DNA from: an uncultured Chloroflexia bacterium
Lineage (GTDB): Bacteria > Chloroflexota > Limnocylindria > Limnocylindrales > CSP1-4
NCBI GenBank assembly: GCA_963813335.1
Contig: CAWEYL010000001.1
Span: forward strand, 832,001 to 896,000
Direction: 5' to 3'
Length of the DNA stretch: 64,000 bases
Shown: positions 11,101 to 20,608 of the stretch, in pieces
Layout of the letters: each line of letters opens with the position of its first letter
Numbering within the stretch: the stretch's first letter is position 1
The notes under the pieces: generated by a model
What the model saw: only the letters and a program-made list of their open reading frames with translations
Databases searched by the model: none
What the model was told of the DNA's origin: nothing
Position numbers and translations under genes: made by a program

Positions 11101-11577
11101 GTCAGCCTGGAGATCGTGATCCCGGCCGCCCGGGCACTGCTCGCTGGAGCGCCGCCGGAGGTCCAGGGGACCGTTCGGGGCTTCCTGCATTCGACGCTGT
11201 CCAGGATCGCGCAGGGGACAGCGGACGAGGCGATCCGCGTCCGCTGGCTGAGCGGGCCCGTCGGGCGCGATCTCGTCGAGCTGGCCGGCCCGATGGACGG
11301 GCCGGCCCATGGAGACGCCCGTGCCGGCGAGACCGGCCGCGCAACGCCAGGGTCGGCGGCCGCGGATGCCGGGTCGAGCCTCGACGCCGTCGAGCGCCGG
11401 CTGCTGCAGCTCCTGACCGAGGGGCGGACGAACGCCGAGATCGCTGCAGACCTGGGCATCGGCGAGGACGACGTCGCCCAGCGCCTGGCGCGCCTGCAGG
11501 CGCAGCTGGGGACCTCGAGCCGCGCCGAAGCGACCTCGCTGGCATTCCGCGGGCTCGCCACGGTGGGGTCGCGCTGA
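8146..11577 (+). CDS. STAND (AAA_16-like) ATPase with helical/TPR region and C-terminal LuxR-type HTH
   Basis: IGRNAEL, Walker A GEPGIGKT, Walker B LLIDDVQWAD, SEGVPF, YTFTHEQVR; C-terminal ERRLLQLLTEGRTNAEIAADLGI...LGTSSRAEA. Confidence 0.9.
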   Translation: MLEGSPSSEYGTAPRVADVSVLDPLVGSQCSLAVQLRRATGAVIGRNAELDAVAQELREASGRLAAVTLEGEPGIGKTRLLLAASELASASGFACVAVTADEEIRGPFLVARSLFASSAIQQMAAGTPAEAAVRRVVEAISGRDEPGFEALSPDAKLLRAFDLAGVAVSTLAGIRPLALLIDDVQWADDDSLRLLRYVVRSDADRPVFLFLTIRPDEFASATEAVNFVADMERMGLVRRLRPGRFSSVETAELLKRVLGGPVEAASAAALQAQSEGVPFIVEELARTHREAGTFQQIAGQWRLSRSAARLVPSAVRTLIDRRAARLPARTRASLGDAAILGRSFSLRDLRAIRMRVGDGEVAAEAASRDRTAPVEAAAQGGVAGPGDDVDPLADDLAPAVRAGLLLPQAQGEPADYTFTHEQVRQFAASLLTAARRRQVHAAVVDLLLEGGEPSAAGLPMLAQHALAAGDTGRAARFSIDAATAALASNAPEEALRLVEQALPVVSTPADRRVLLATRDDAFAVLRRTGERLDGLTELAALAEAMRDPNVELDVQLRRASALRMSHDEDAAAELARRVRDRAAQQGDAALELRASLELGQALLRSPLGESFGGAAAEVDLDGSEQAYRRAIELAEQLGDERSLAAALREIGMIDFSRGRAWFGGEVRAGRANEMLAILATGTSVEEMILSTPIGPLFVEATQVLERALGIFERLGDRTGVMSTVIAMAYIQYGPVMHLSSSARHLEEIRRVTSRLSELVTESERARLDLQMLFGVHVYSMAKVVPDLALSRGEDAYRAARLQGDRTIEFLAAGGVAMSLLELGDVVEAERWIDLAAAAASMAPSRPRARQLETWRGMARAGAGDVDGMRRHLERAVVLATEGGRASARCEALARLALEAARLVAVGSSDGAPPDDGAPDPALVELVERSAAQVKELLPLLPGHASWGAQADAALATVALVRGDIPGAAMAGGAALEALQAGLHEDVSLEIVIPAARALLAGAPPEVQGTVRGFLHSTLSRIAQGTADEAIRVRWLSGPVGRDLVELAGPMDGPAHGDARAGETGRATPGSAAADAGSSLDAVERRLLQLLTEGRTNAEIAADLGIGEDDVAQRLARLQAQLGTSSRAEATSLAFRGLATVGSR

Positions 11578-12312
11578 TGGCCATCCGGGCGCGGGTCGAC
11601 CGCCACAAGTGCGTCGGCGCGGGGAACTGCATCACCATCGCCCCGACGGCCTTCGACTGGCTGGCCGGTGACTACGGCAAGAGCGATGTCGTCGGGGAGG
11701 ACACGGTCGACGAGGAGGTCCTGCGCGCCGCCGCGTTCGCGTGCCCGACCGCCGCCGTCATCCTCGAGGACGTCGCGGAGCTGCTGCCATGGCAGTCTGC
11801 GGGGCAAGGACGGCCCGCCCCGACGGGTCCTCCGGACCTTCATGTTCACCGACATCGTCGGCTCGACGAATCTCGTCGAGGCGCTCGGCGATGAGGCCTG
11901 GGACACCATGCTCCGCTGGCACAACACCGTGCTCCGGGAAGTGTTCACGGCCCACGGCGGCGAGGAGATCTCCACGACCGGCGACGGGTTCTTCGTCAGC
12001 TTCGATTCGCCCGACCTTGCCGTGGCGACGGCGATCGCGATCCAGCGGCGACTCGCCGAACACCGCTCGACGCAGGGCTTCGCCCCCCAGGTCCGGATCG
12101 GCCTCCACGCGTCCGACGCGACGCAGGTCGCCGGCGACTTCCACGGGAAGGGCGTCCACGAGGCGTCGCGCATCGCGGCACTCGGCGGGGCCGGCGAGAT
12201 CGTCGCGAGCGCCGGCACGGTCGGGGCGTCACACAGGACGTCCGGTCTCCGAAGCGCGACGCTCAAGGGCCTGTCCGAGCCGATCGAGGTGGTCAACGTC
12301 GAGTGGCGCTGA
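11577..12312 (+). CDS. Ferredoxin - class III adenylate/guanylate cyclase fusion (frameshift near 11796)
   Basis: N-terminal VDRHKCVGAGNCITIAP...ACPTAAV; removing one T in TGGCAGTCTGCGG joins to FMFTDIVGST, TTGDGFF, VRIGLH, GVHEASRI, LKGL. Confidence 0.8.
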
Positions 12313-12363
12313 CGGCGACGGGAGGCGGGTGCCGTGGGGCTCCGCGCACGGATGTGCGGGATG

Positions 12364-12440
12364 TGGTGGGCGACACTGGACTCGAACCAGTGACCTCTTG
12401 CATGTCAAGCAAGTGCTCTAACCAGCTGAGCTAGCCGCCC
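12364..12440 (-). tRNA. tRNA-Val(GAC)
   Basis: GGGCGGCTAGCTCAGCTGGTTAGAGCACTTGCTTGACATGCAAGAGGTCACTGGTTCGAGTCCAGTGTCGCCCACCA; full cloverleaf, encoded CCA. Confidence 0.97.
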
Positions 12441-12603
12441 GAGCGTCGCCGGTCCCCCGCTCTCTTGATCCCGACAACGTTGGCTCACGAGGTGTTCCAC
12501 GTCCCGTGACGATGTCGCGACCGCCTGATCGAGGAGCCAGCGGCGGACGGCATCATACCGCAGGGCGTCCAGCCCTGGCCGTGACGTATCCTTCAGCGCC
12601 CTG

Positions 12604-13428
12604 ATGCCAGCTGACCCTGAGTACCGCCTCATCGACCTCGGCGGCGCGGCGCGTCTGGAGCGCTTCGGCCCGTACGTCGTCGATCGGCCCTCGCCGGGCG
12701 CCCTCGGGGAGCGACGGGATCCGTCCGCGTGGCGCGCCGCGAGCCTCCGCTTCGAGCGCGACCGTGGCTGGCTGGGGCCCGCCGCAGGCGCCGATCCATG
12801 GCCGATCGAGGTGGACGGGCTGACGATGGAGCTCCGGCCGACGGATGCCGGCCAGGTGGGGCTGTTCCCGGAGCACGCGGCGATGCTGCCGTGGCTCCGC
12901 GAGCAGGGCGCCAGGCATACGGTCCTGCACCTGTTCGCCTACACCGGCCTCGTGACGCTCGCGATGGCCGCTGCGGGCGCGTCGGTGACACACGTCGATG
13001 CCGCCCGCACCGCCGTCACCTGGGCGCGGCGCAACGCCGAGCTGTCCGGACTGGCGGACCGGCCGGTCCGCTGGATCGTCGACGACGCCGTGGCCTTCGT
13101 GCGGCGAGAAGCGCGGCGCGGCCATCGCTTCGACGGGGTCGTCCTCGACCCGCCGTCCTATGGCCACGGGGCCGGCGGTCGGACGTGGCGGTTCGAGGAG
13201 GACCTGCCGGCGCTCCTCGATGCGCTCCGCGGCGTCCTCGCACCGGGGGCGTTCGCGCTCATGACGGCCCACACGCCGGGCTTCGACGGCGACCGGCTCG
13301 GCGACCTGCTCGCGAGCGGCCTGCGCCGGCGTGCGGCCCGACCCGATGTGGGCGACCTGGGCCTGGACACCGTCGACGGACGGCGCCTGGCGCTCGGGTC
13401 GTTCGCGCGGATCGGCCGGGAGGCATGA
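12604..13428 (+). CDS. Class I SAM-dependent methyltransferase (RlmI/RlmK-like, no PUA domain)
   Basis: QVGLFPEH, VLHLFAYTG, VTHVDA, VVLDPPSYG. Confidence 0.85.
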   Translation: MPADPEYRLIDLGGAARLERFGPYVVDRPSPGALGERRDPSAWRAASLRFERDRGWLGPAAGADPWPIEVDGLTMELRPTDAGQVGLFPEHAAMLPWLREQGARHTVLHLFAYTGLVTLAMAAAGASVTHVDAARTAVTWARRNAELSGLADRPVRWIVDDAVAFVRREARRGHRFDGVVLDPPSYGHGAGGRTWRFEEDLPALLDALRGVLAPGAFALMTAHTPGFDGDRLGDLLASGLRRRAARPDVGDLGLDTVDGRRLALGSFARIGREA

Positions 13429-14267
13429 TGGCGACGATGCGCTCCCCCACCCCGCCCGACCTCACGAGCCGCACGAACCCGCGCGTCGCCGCCGTGGCGG
13501 CGCTGCGCGACCGGCGCGAACGCGAACGACAGGGGCTGACCATCGTCGATGGCGCACGCGAGGTGCGCCGGGCGATCGAGTCGGGCGCGGAGGTCGTCGA
13601 GGCCTACGTGTGCGAGCCGCTGCTGGCGGGTCCCGACGCCCGTGGCGCGCTCGATGCGCTCGCGAACGCCGGCATCATGCCGACGACCACCAGCGACGGC
13701 GTGTTCGAGAAGCTCGCGTTCGGCGACCGCGCGGAGGGACTCCTCGCCGTCATCCGCGTCCCGGACCTGTCGCTCGGCCGCCTGGCCCTGCCGGCGGATG
13801 CCCTGGTCGCCGTGATCGAAGGGGTCGAGAAGCCCGGCAACATCGGCGCGGTGCTGCGCTCGGCCGACGGGGCCGGCGCGGACGCCCTGGTGGCGGCGTC
13901 GCCGCGGACCGACCTCTACAACCCGAACGCGGTCCGGGCGAGCGCCGGCACGATCTTCCGCGTGCCGCTCGCCGCCGCGCCGTCCGCCGACGTCCTCGCC
14001 TGGGCCCGCGGGGCAGGCCTCCGGATCGTGACCACCCGGGTCGACGCCGACCGCCCGTACACCGACGCCGACCTGCGCGGCCCGCTCGCGATCGTGCTCG
14101 GCGCCGAGGCCGACGGGCTGACCACGACCTGGACCGCCTCCGACATCGAGGCCGTCGCGATCCCCATGCGCGGCATCGCCGACAGCCTCAACGTATCGGT
14201 CGCCGCGGCCGTGCTGCTCTTCGAGGCGCGCCGGCAACGCGACCGTCATACGGGATCGGCAGACTGA
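13425..14267 (+). CDS. TrmH/SpoU-family RNA methyltransferase
   Basis: EKPGNIGAVLRSADGAG, RASAG, LGAEADGL, IPMRGIADSLNVSVAAAVLLFE; alternative start at 13437. Confidence 0.92.
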   Translation: MMATMRSPTPPDLTSRTNPRVAAVAALRDRRERERQGLTIVDGAREVRRAIESGAEVVEAYVCEPLLAGPDARGALDALANAGIMPTTTSDGVFEKLAFGDRAEGLLAVIRVPDLSLGRLALPADALVAVIEGVEKPGNIGAVLRSADGAGADALVAASPRTDLYNPNAVRASAGTIFRVPLAAAPSADVLAWARGAGLRIVTTRVDADRPYTDADLRGPLAIVLGAEADGLTTTWTASDIEAVAIPMRGIADSLNVSVAAAVLLFEARRQRDRHTGSAD

Positions 14268-14271
14268 CGCG

Positions 14272-15670
14272 ATGGACACCTTCGACTTCGTCATCATCGG
14301 CGCCGGACCGGGCGGCGAGGCCGCCGCCAACAAGGCCCGCGAGCTGGGGGCGTCGGTCGCGGTCGTGGACGCCCGGTGGTTCGGCGGCAGCTGCCCGCAC
14401 ATCGGCTGCGTGCCGTCGAAGGCGCTGCTCAACAGCGCCACCCGCCACGCGGCGAACCCGGCGGCCTACGACTGGGCGCGCGCCTCGGCCCGCCGCGACT
14501 ACATGATCAACCGCGCCGCGGACGCCGCCGAGCCCGACGACACGGGCCATGTCCGCGCCCTCGAGGCGGTCGGCGCGGTGACGTACCGCGGGGTCGCGCG
14601 GATCGTGGGAGCGCGGCCGGGTCGCCGTCACCCACGATGGCGTGACCCATGCCCTGCGGGCGCGCAATGTCGTCGTCGCCGTCGGATCGCACTCCAAGGC
14701 GGCGCCGATCGAGGGCATCGACGCGATCCCGGTCTGGACAAATCGCGACGCGACCCTCGCCCGAGCCCTGCCGGCGAGCCTGCTGATCCTCGGCGGCGGG
14801 CCGACGGGCTGCGAGCTCGCCCAGGTCTACGCCCGCTTCGGCGTCCCGACCATGATCGTCCAGTCCGGGCCGCGCCTCGCGCCGACCGACCACCCACGCA
14901 ACTCCGAGGCGGTCCGCCAGGCGCTCGAACGCGACGGGGTCACCGTCCGGCTCGGGGTCCGTGCCGTCCGCGCGACCGCGGCGACGGCGACCGGCGAGCC
15001 GCACACCGTCGAGCTTGACGATGGCACCACGGCGACCGGCCACGCGGTCATGCTGGCGGTCGGGCGCTCCTTCCCGATCGACGACCTCGGGCTCGAGCAC
15101 TACGGCGTGGACACGTCGGGCCGCACGATGTACCGGCGCGATGGACGGCTGCGCGTCGCGGACGGCCTCTGGATCGTCGGCGACCCGGCCGGTCCCGAGC
15201 TGCACACCCACCAGGCCCACTACCAGGGCGAGCTGGCCGTGCGGATGGCCCTGGGGGAACCGGTCCAGCCCGACTACCGCGCCCTGCCGCGAGCCACCTA
15301 CACCGACCCGGAGGCGTCGTCGGTCGGGCAGACGCTCGACGACGCGCGGGCGGACGGACTGGACGCCTTCGAGCTCGTCGCGGACTTCCCCAGGACCGCC
15401 AAGGGCTACTCGGTGGAGGCCACCCTCGGCCACGTGACGATCGTGATCGACCGCGGCACCCGCGAGCTCGTGGGGGCCGCGATGGCCTGCCCCGACGCGT
15501 CGGCCGCGATCCACGAATGCGTCCTCGCGATCAAGGCGCGGGTCCCGGTCGACGTGCTCGCTGAGACCATCCACGCGTTCCCGTCGACCTCGCGGATCCT
15601 CAACGGGCTCTTCGCCGACGCCCGCCGCGAGCTCGATCGCCCGGGGAGCGTGATCAAGCCCGACGCCTAG
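14272..15670 (+). CDS. Pyridine nucleotide-disulfide oxidoreductase (dihydrolipoamide dehydrogenase/mercuric reductase family; frameshift near 14610)
   Basis: IIGAGPGG, GGSCPHIGCVPSK redox disulfide, LGGGPTGCE, YTDPE, IHAFPS. Confidence 0.88.
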
Positions 15671-17319
15671 CTCCCCTCGAAGACGACCTCGCCGTCGAGG
15701 AAGACCAGCGACGGACGGGCCGTGGCGAGCGCGCCGCCCGGCTCCACGGGATCGTCGAGTGCAGCCGCCGGGATGACCACGATGTCGGCGCGCTGGCCCG
15801 GAACCAGCCGCCCGCGGTCGGTCTCGCCCGCGGTCACGGCGGCATCGATGGCGTTGGCGCGCAGCGCGCGGTCCAGGGTGAGGGCCTGCTCCGGCCCGAA
15901 CGGGGGCGTGCCGGGCTCCCAGCGCGGGTCCTCGCGGCGGACCGCGAGCGCGAGGCCCGGCCACGGGTCGAACGCTTCGACCGGCGCGTCCGTGCCGAAG
16001 GCGATCACGGCGCCGGTGTCGGCGATCGCCTTCCAGGTGTAGCCGCTGGCCTCGGCGCGGGTGCCCCACAGCCGGCGGGCCTTCTCGGCGTCGGAGCCGA
16101 CATGCAGCGGCTGGACGCTGGCCGCGATCCGTCCCGCGGCGAAGCGCCCGCGGTCGGCCGGGTCGAGCAGCTGGACATGCTCGATCCGCGGCATCAGCGG
16201 CAGCTCCCGCGGCATCGCTTCCAGCACGCCCAGGGCGGCGCGGACGGCGGCGTCGCCGATCGCGTGGATCTGGGTGCTGATCCCGCCCGCGGCCGCCCGA
16301 CCTGCCTGCTCGGCCAGCTCCGGGGCGGGCGTCACCCACACGCCGCGTCGCTGCGACGGCGGCAACTCCGCGGCGGCCGCCGGCTCGATGTCGGCGAGCA
16401 GCGCCGCTGTCCGCGACCCGAGCGAGCCGTCGGCGAAGGTCTTCTGCCAGCCGATCCGCGCGCGGCCGGCCGGGTCCTCCCCGAGCACGTCACCGCTGCG
16501 CAGGCCGCCTGCGAGCGCGGTGTCGAGCGCGTCCGCCCGGAGCGACGCGTGGACGCGCATGGGCAGGCGACCGGTCTCGGCGAGATGCGCATAGGCGGCG
16601 AACGAGTACGCCAGCTCCGGATCCGGGGCCAGCGGGCCCGGGTCGTGGCAGGCCACGACGCCGAGCGCCAGGCACTGCCGGGAGACCGTCGCGAGGTCGG
16701 CCTCGAGGTCCGCCTGGGCCGGCGCCGGGAGGTGGACGGTGACCAGCCGCGTGGCGGACTCGTACAGCACCCCTTCGGGGGCGCCCGTGTCGTCGCGGCG
16801 GATCACGCCGCCGGGCGGGTCCTCGGTCTCCGCCGTGATGCCGCCGGTGCGTAGCGCGGCATGGCTGGCGAGCAGCGCATGGTGGTCGTGGGCCCACAGG
16901 ATCACCCGGCGGCCGGGCGCCACCGGCTCGAGGTCGTCGGCCGTCGGCCAGCCGCCCCAGCGGTCCGCATCCCAGCCGTGGCCGTCGATCCAGGCGTCCG
17001 GGTCCGCGAGGGCGGCATGGGCGGCACGGACCGCCTCCATCCCCGCGGCCAGCGTGGCCACCGCAGACAGGTCGACCTGCCGGAGCGCGCGAGCCGCCTG
17101 GGCGAGATGGAGGTGCGCGTCGGTCAGCCCGGGGATCGCGACCTCGTCGGGCTCGAGCGAGAACCGCCGCGTGAACGGGTCCGCCCGGGTCTCGAGCGCC
17201 ACCTCGGATCCGGCGAACGCCACGCGTCCGGCGCGGATGCCGATGGCCTCCACCCAGCCGAAGCCGGCGGGGCCACCGAGCGTGGCGATGCGACCGGTGA
17301 TCAGCGCGTCGAGGGGCAC
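15667..17319 (-). CDS. Amidohydrolase family 3 protein (YtcJ-like)
   Basis: PGLTDAHLHL, KTFADGSLGSRTAAL, HAIGD, RIEHVQ, FGTDAPV. Confidence 0.88.
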   Translation of the reverse strand: MPLDALITGRIATLGGPAGFGWVEAIGIRAGRVAFAGSEVALETRADPFTRRFSLEPDEVAIPGLTDAHLHLAQAARALRQVDLSAVATLAAGMEAVRAAHAALADPDAWIDGHGWDADRWGGWPTADDLEPVAPGRRVILWAHDHHALLASHAALRTGGITAETEDPPGGVIRRDDTGAPEGVLYESATRLVTVHLPAPAQADLEADLATVSRQCLALGVVACHDPGPLAPDPELAYSFAAYAHLAETGRLPMRVHASLRADALDTALAGGLRSGDVLGEDPAGRARIGWQKTFADGSLGSRTAALLADIEPAAAAELPPSQRRGVWVTPAPELAEQAGRAAAGGISTQIHAIGDAAVRAALGVLEAMPRELPLMPRIEHVQLLDPADRGRFAAGRIAASVQPLHVGSDAEKARRLWGTRAEASGYTWKAIADTGAVIAFGTDAPVEAFDPWPGLALAVRREDPRWEPGTPPFGPEQALTLDRALRANAIDAAVTAGETDRGRLVPGQRADIVVIPAAALDDPVEPGGALATARPSLVFLDGEVVFEGS

Positions 17320-17322
17320 GGG

Positions 17323-18875
17323 TCAGTCGCGGTCGGCCGGGTCGGCGGGTCCGGGCAGGTCGATCGGCACCGCAGCGACGGGGGCGGGCACGGCCGCGGT
17401 GGGTCCGGCGCCGCGGCGGGCGGCGCGAATCGCTCCGTGGGCGACTCCGGATCGTGCCAGGTGGGCCGGTCCGCCCCGAGGGCCGAGGCGATCGGGTCGA
17501 CGATGCCCGGGTCCGCCGCGGGGCCATCCCTGGTGGTCGACGGGACGCGCCACAGGACCGACGCCAGGCCGGCTACGAAGATCGCGACCGCGACCGCGAC
17601 CAGCACCGCCGTCGTCCCGACGGCGTCCGAGATGGTGCCGACGACGATGATCGGCACGAAGCTGGAGACCGAGACGAGCATGCCGAGCACGCCGAAGACC
17701 CGGCCGCGGACATCCTCCGGCAGATCCTCCGACAGCTGGGTCTGCGATGGGATGGCGACGGCCGCGTACGCGATGCCGGCCAGGAGCGCGATCAGCACGA
17801 CCACGCTGAGCAGCGACGTGACCCCCGACAGGTCCAGGCCGCCCGGGGCGTCGGCACGCTGCAGGAGCTTGCTGATCGATCCCGCGACCGAGAGCAGGGC
17901 CAGCAGCAGCCCGAGGGCGATCAGGCCCCCCTCGATGACGCGACGGCGCGGGAGGTAGCGTCCGTAGGCGTTGAGCAGCAGGATCCCCAACACGATCCCG
18001 AAGCCGAGCGGCAGGACGACGACCGCGAAGTCCTTGGCGCCGAGGCCGAGCGTCTCCCGCGCGAGGTCCGGCCCCAGGACGCCGAGCACGCCCACCAGTG
18101 ACGCCGTGATCCCGAGGTAGAGGATCGACCAGCCGATCGAGCGGTTCGAGCGGATGAAGGCCAGGCCCTCGCGCAGCTGCCCCAGCGTCGAGCCCATGGC
18201 CTGCTCGGCATCCGCGACGCCGAGCCCGTGAGCATCGGCGTTCGGCGGCGACTTCGGGAGCGTGAAGCAGAAGACCGCGGCCAGCAGATACAGGAACGCC
18301 ACGACCAGGATCACCGCCCCCGGCGAGGCGAGGTTGACGACCAGCGGCCCGAGCAGGGCGAAGCCGATCGCGAATGCGCCGTTCAGGGTGAGCGTGAAGA
18401 TCCCGTTCGCGGCCAGCAGCTGGCGGCGCTCGACGACCTCCGGGATCATCGCGGCCTCCGCCGGCGCGAAGAACACGGTCACGGTCGAGACGAAGACGTT
18501 CAGCAGCAGGATCAGCGCGATGTTCGTGCCGATCAGATACAGGGCGATGTAGGCGAGGCCGCGCAGGATGTTGGTCGCGACCAGGATCGTCCGCCGGTCG
18601 ATGCGGTCGACATAGACGCCGGCCACCGCCGAGAAGAGGACCGCCGGGACCAGGAAGCTGAGGATCATGAGGCTGACCGCGGTGTTGGAGCCGGTCGACT
18701 CCACCACGATGACGGTCAGCCCGAACAGGACCATGTTGCCGCCGATCTGGGTGGCCGCCTGGGACAGCCAGAGTCGCAGGAAGGCGCCGTTGCGGAAGAC
18801 GGCGAGGGCGCTCTCGCCGGGCGGGACGTCGCTCGGGGCCTCGGTGGGTGGGGCGGCGCTCTCGGCGGCCGTCAC
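17323..18875 (-). CDS. MFS transporter (probable frameshift near 17400 in the C-terminal tail)
   Basis: FLRLWLSQAATQIG, AGVYVDRIDRR, about 12 hydrophobic segments, DVRGRVFG; GTG overlaps DUF951 stop. Confidence 0.88.
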
Positions 18876-19123
18876 TCCTGCGATCCCGGGCGGACCGGTG
18901 TCAGCGCGGCGCTCAGGGCGGGATCGCCCCGCTCGATGAAGCCCGCGAGGCGCCGTTCGAGCGTCGGGCGCTCCATGAGGACGTGCCGGCCGCAGCCCCG
19001 GCAGCGCAGTCCGATGTCCGCGCCGAGGCGATCCACCAGCCACGTATCGCTGCCGCAGGGGTGGACGCGACGCAGTCGCACCACATCGCCCACGTACAGC
19101 TGGAGCACGGTCTGGTCGCTCAT
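18872..19123 (-). CDS. DUF951 family protein
   Basis: GDVVRLRRVHPCGSDTW...GADIGLRCRGCGRHVLMER. Confidence 0.88.
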   Translation of the reverse strand: MSDQTVLQLYVGDVVRLRRVHPCGSDTWLVDRLGADIGLRCRGCGRHVLMERPTLERRLAGFIERGDPALSAALTPVRPGSQE

Positions 19124-19138
19124 CGGCGGGTCAGCGTA

Positions 19139-19813
19139 TCAAAGCCGGGGGTGGCCGTTGACCGGCACGAGGGCATGATCCGTCGCCGGCAGCTCCAGGC
19201 GCTCCATCGGGGTGACCGTCAGGACAACGTCTTCCTGGGTCGCCGCCAGCTGGGCGATGACGCCACCCGAGCGCGTGAGCGAGCCGGTCAGCTGCTCCGA
19301 CGCCCCGATCGCCTCGATGTCGAAGGCCTCGTCGATCGGCACGCCGTCGACCTTGACGTCGCCTGGGCCGCCGGTCATGACCACGCCGGGCACCAGGCGG
19401 ACGCCGTCGACCGCGATCGCCTCCGCGCCGGCATTGCGCAGCTCGTTGGCCAGCTCCTCCAGGGCCGTCCCGTCGATCGGCCCGCTGACGGTGATGGTGA
19501 CCCCCGGGCCCGTCACCGGGTCGAGCCCGGCATACGCTCGGACGCGACGCAGGTCCGCCCGGATCTGGTCGACCGCCTGGGCGCCGCGCGCCTGGCCGGA
19601 GGTCAGCGTCTCGAGCTCGCGGTCGAGCGAGGCCACCTCGTTGCGCAGCTGGTCGTTGCGGGCGTTCACGTTGGCCACCAGCACGGTCAGGTCCTGCGTC
19701 GAGAGCTGCTCGAGCCCCGTCGTGCCGGCCTGCGCGCGGAGCTGGACGACCACGAGCAGCCCGAGCACGAACGCCACCGCCGCGATCGTCAGTTGGTTGC
19801 GTCGCACGTGCAT
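19139..19813 (-). CDS. DUF881 family protein
   Basis: N-terminal TM, coiled coil, AGLDPVTGPGVTITV, NELRNAGAEAIAVDGVRL, IEAIG. Confidence 0.85.
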   Translation of the reverse strand: MHVRRNQLTIAAVAFVLGLLVVVQLRAQAGTTGLEQLSTQDLTVLVANVNARNDQLRNEVASLDRELETLTSGQARGAQAVDQIRADLRRVRAYAGLDPVTGPGVTITVSGPIDGTALEELANELRNAGAEAIAVDGVRLVPGVVMTGGPGDVKVDGVPIDEAFDIEAIGASEQLTGSLTRSGGVIAQLAATQEDVVLTVTPMERLELPATDHALVPVNGHPRL

Positions 19814-19818
19814 GGTCG

Positions 19819-20608
19819 TCACCCGCCCGGACTGGCTGACGGGACGACCGACGGCCCGGGTGCGGGCGTCGAGATCGGCTTGGAATAGCGCAGGGACACC
19901 GTGCCGGCGAACGCCGGCACGTCGACCGACGACGGCTCCGCGAACGACACCCGGATGCCGTAACGCTGGGCCCGCGCCCGCACGAAGTCGATGAACCCGG
20001 GCGCGGCGCTCAGCCGCGAATAGAGGTCCTTGGGGCCGATGGCAGTGATGCGGTACGGCGGGACGAGATAGGCCGAGTTGGCCAACACGGTCGAGCCGAC
20101 GTCGATGACGGCACTGGTGGGGGTCATCCGCTCGCCGTTCACCGCGACGGCCTCCGCGCCGGCGAGCCACAACTCCTCGACCACGGTCCGGATGTCACGG
20201 GCCCCCACCAGGTAGTCGTCCGCGCTGTCGCCCTCGGCGACGGGCTGCTGCGAGTCCTCCATCTGGAGCACGATCCCGGTCCCGGTGAGCGGGATCAGGC
20301 CGGCCGCCAGGCGGGCCTGCTCGAGGTCGTCGTTGAGCTGCTTGACGGTGGCCGCCGATCCGTTGCTCGGCCCCCTCCAGCGCGGTGATCCGGGCACGCA
20401 GGTCGAGGATCTGCGCCTTGAGGTCGTCCTGCTTCGCCTGGAGCTCGGCCGCCGTCGCCAGCAGCGGCGGCCGCTCCTGGGAGGTGTACCGGACGCGCGG
20501 CCCCTCGCTGGCGAGCTGGGCGGCGATGAGGAAGCCCAGCCCGAGCAGGGCCACACCCAGCGTGATCTGCCAGCTGGGGATGCGGCGGAGCCGGCCCATG
20601 ACGGTCAT
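19819..20608 (-). CDS. DUF881 family protein (frameshift near 20368)
   Basis: TM LGVALLGLGFLIAAQL, coiled coil, AGLIPLTGTGIVL, ELWLAGAEAVAVNGERM, PYRITAIGP. Confidence 0.82.

Noticed and set aside
7582-11310. Very long antisense or alternate-frame ORFs (e.g. 1242 aa here; also 27931-30357 and 23510-26146)
   Set aside because: Arg/Gly/Pro-rich shadow ORFs expected at very high GC; they overlap well-supported genes
5440-12440. Integrative element at tRNA-Val carrying the STAND/cyclase module
   Set aside because: No integrase and no duplicated tRNA 3' end found near 5440-5590; composition resembles the core genes
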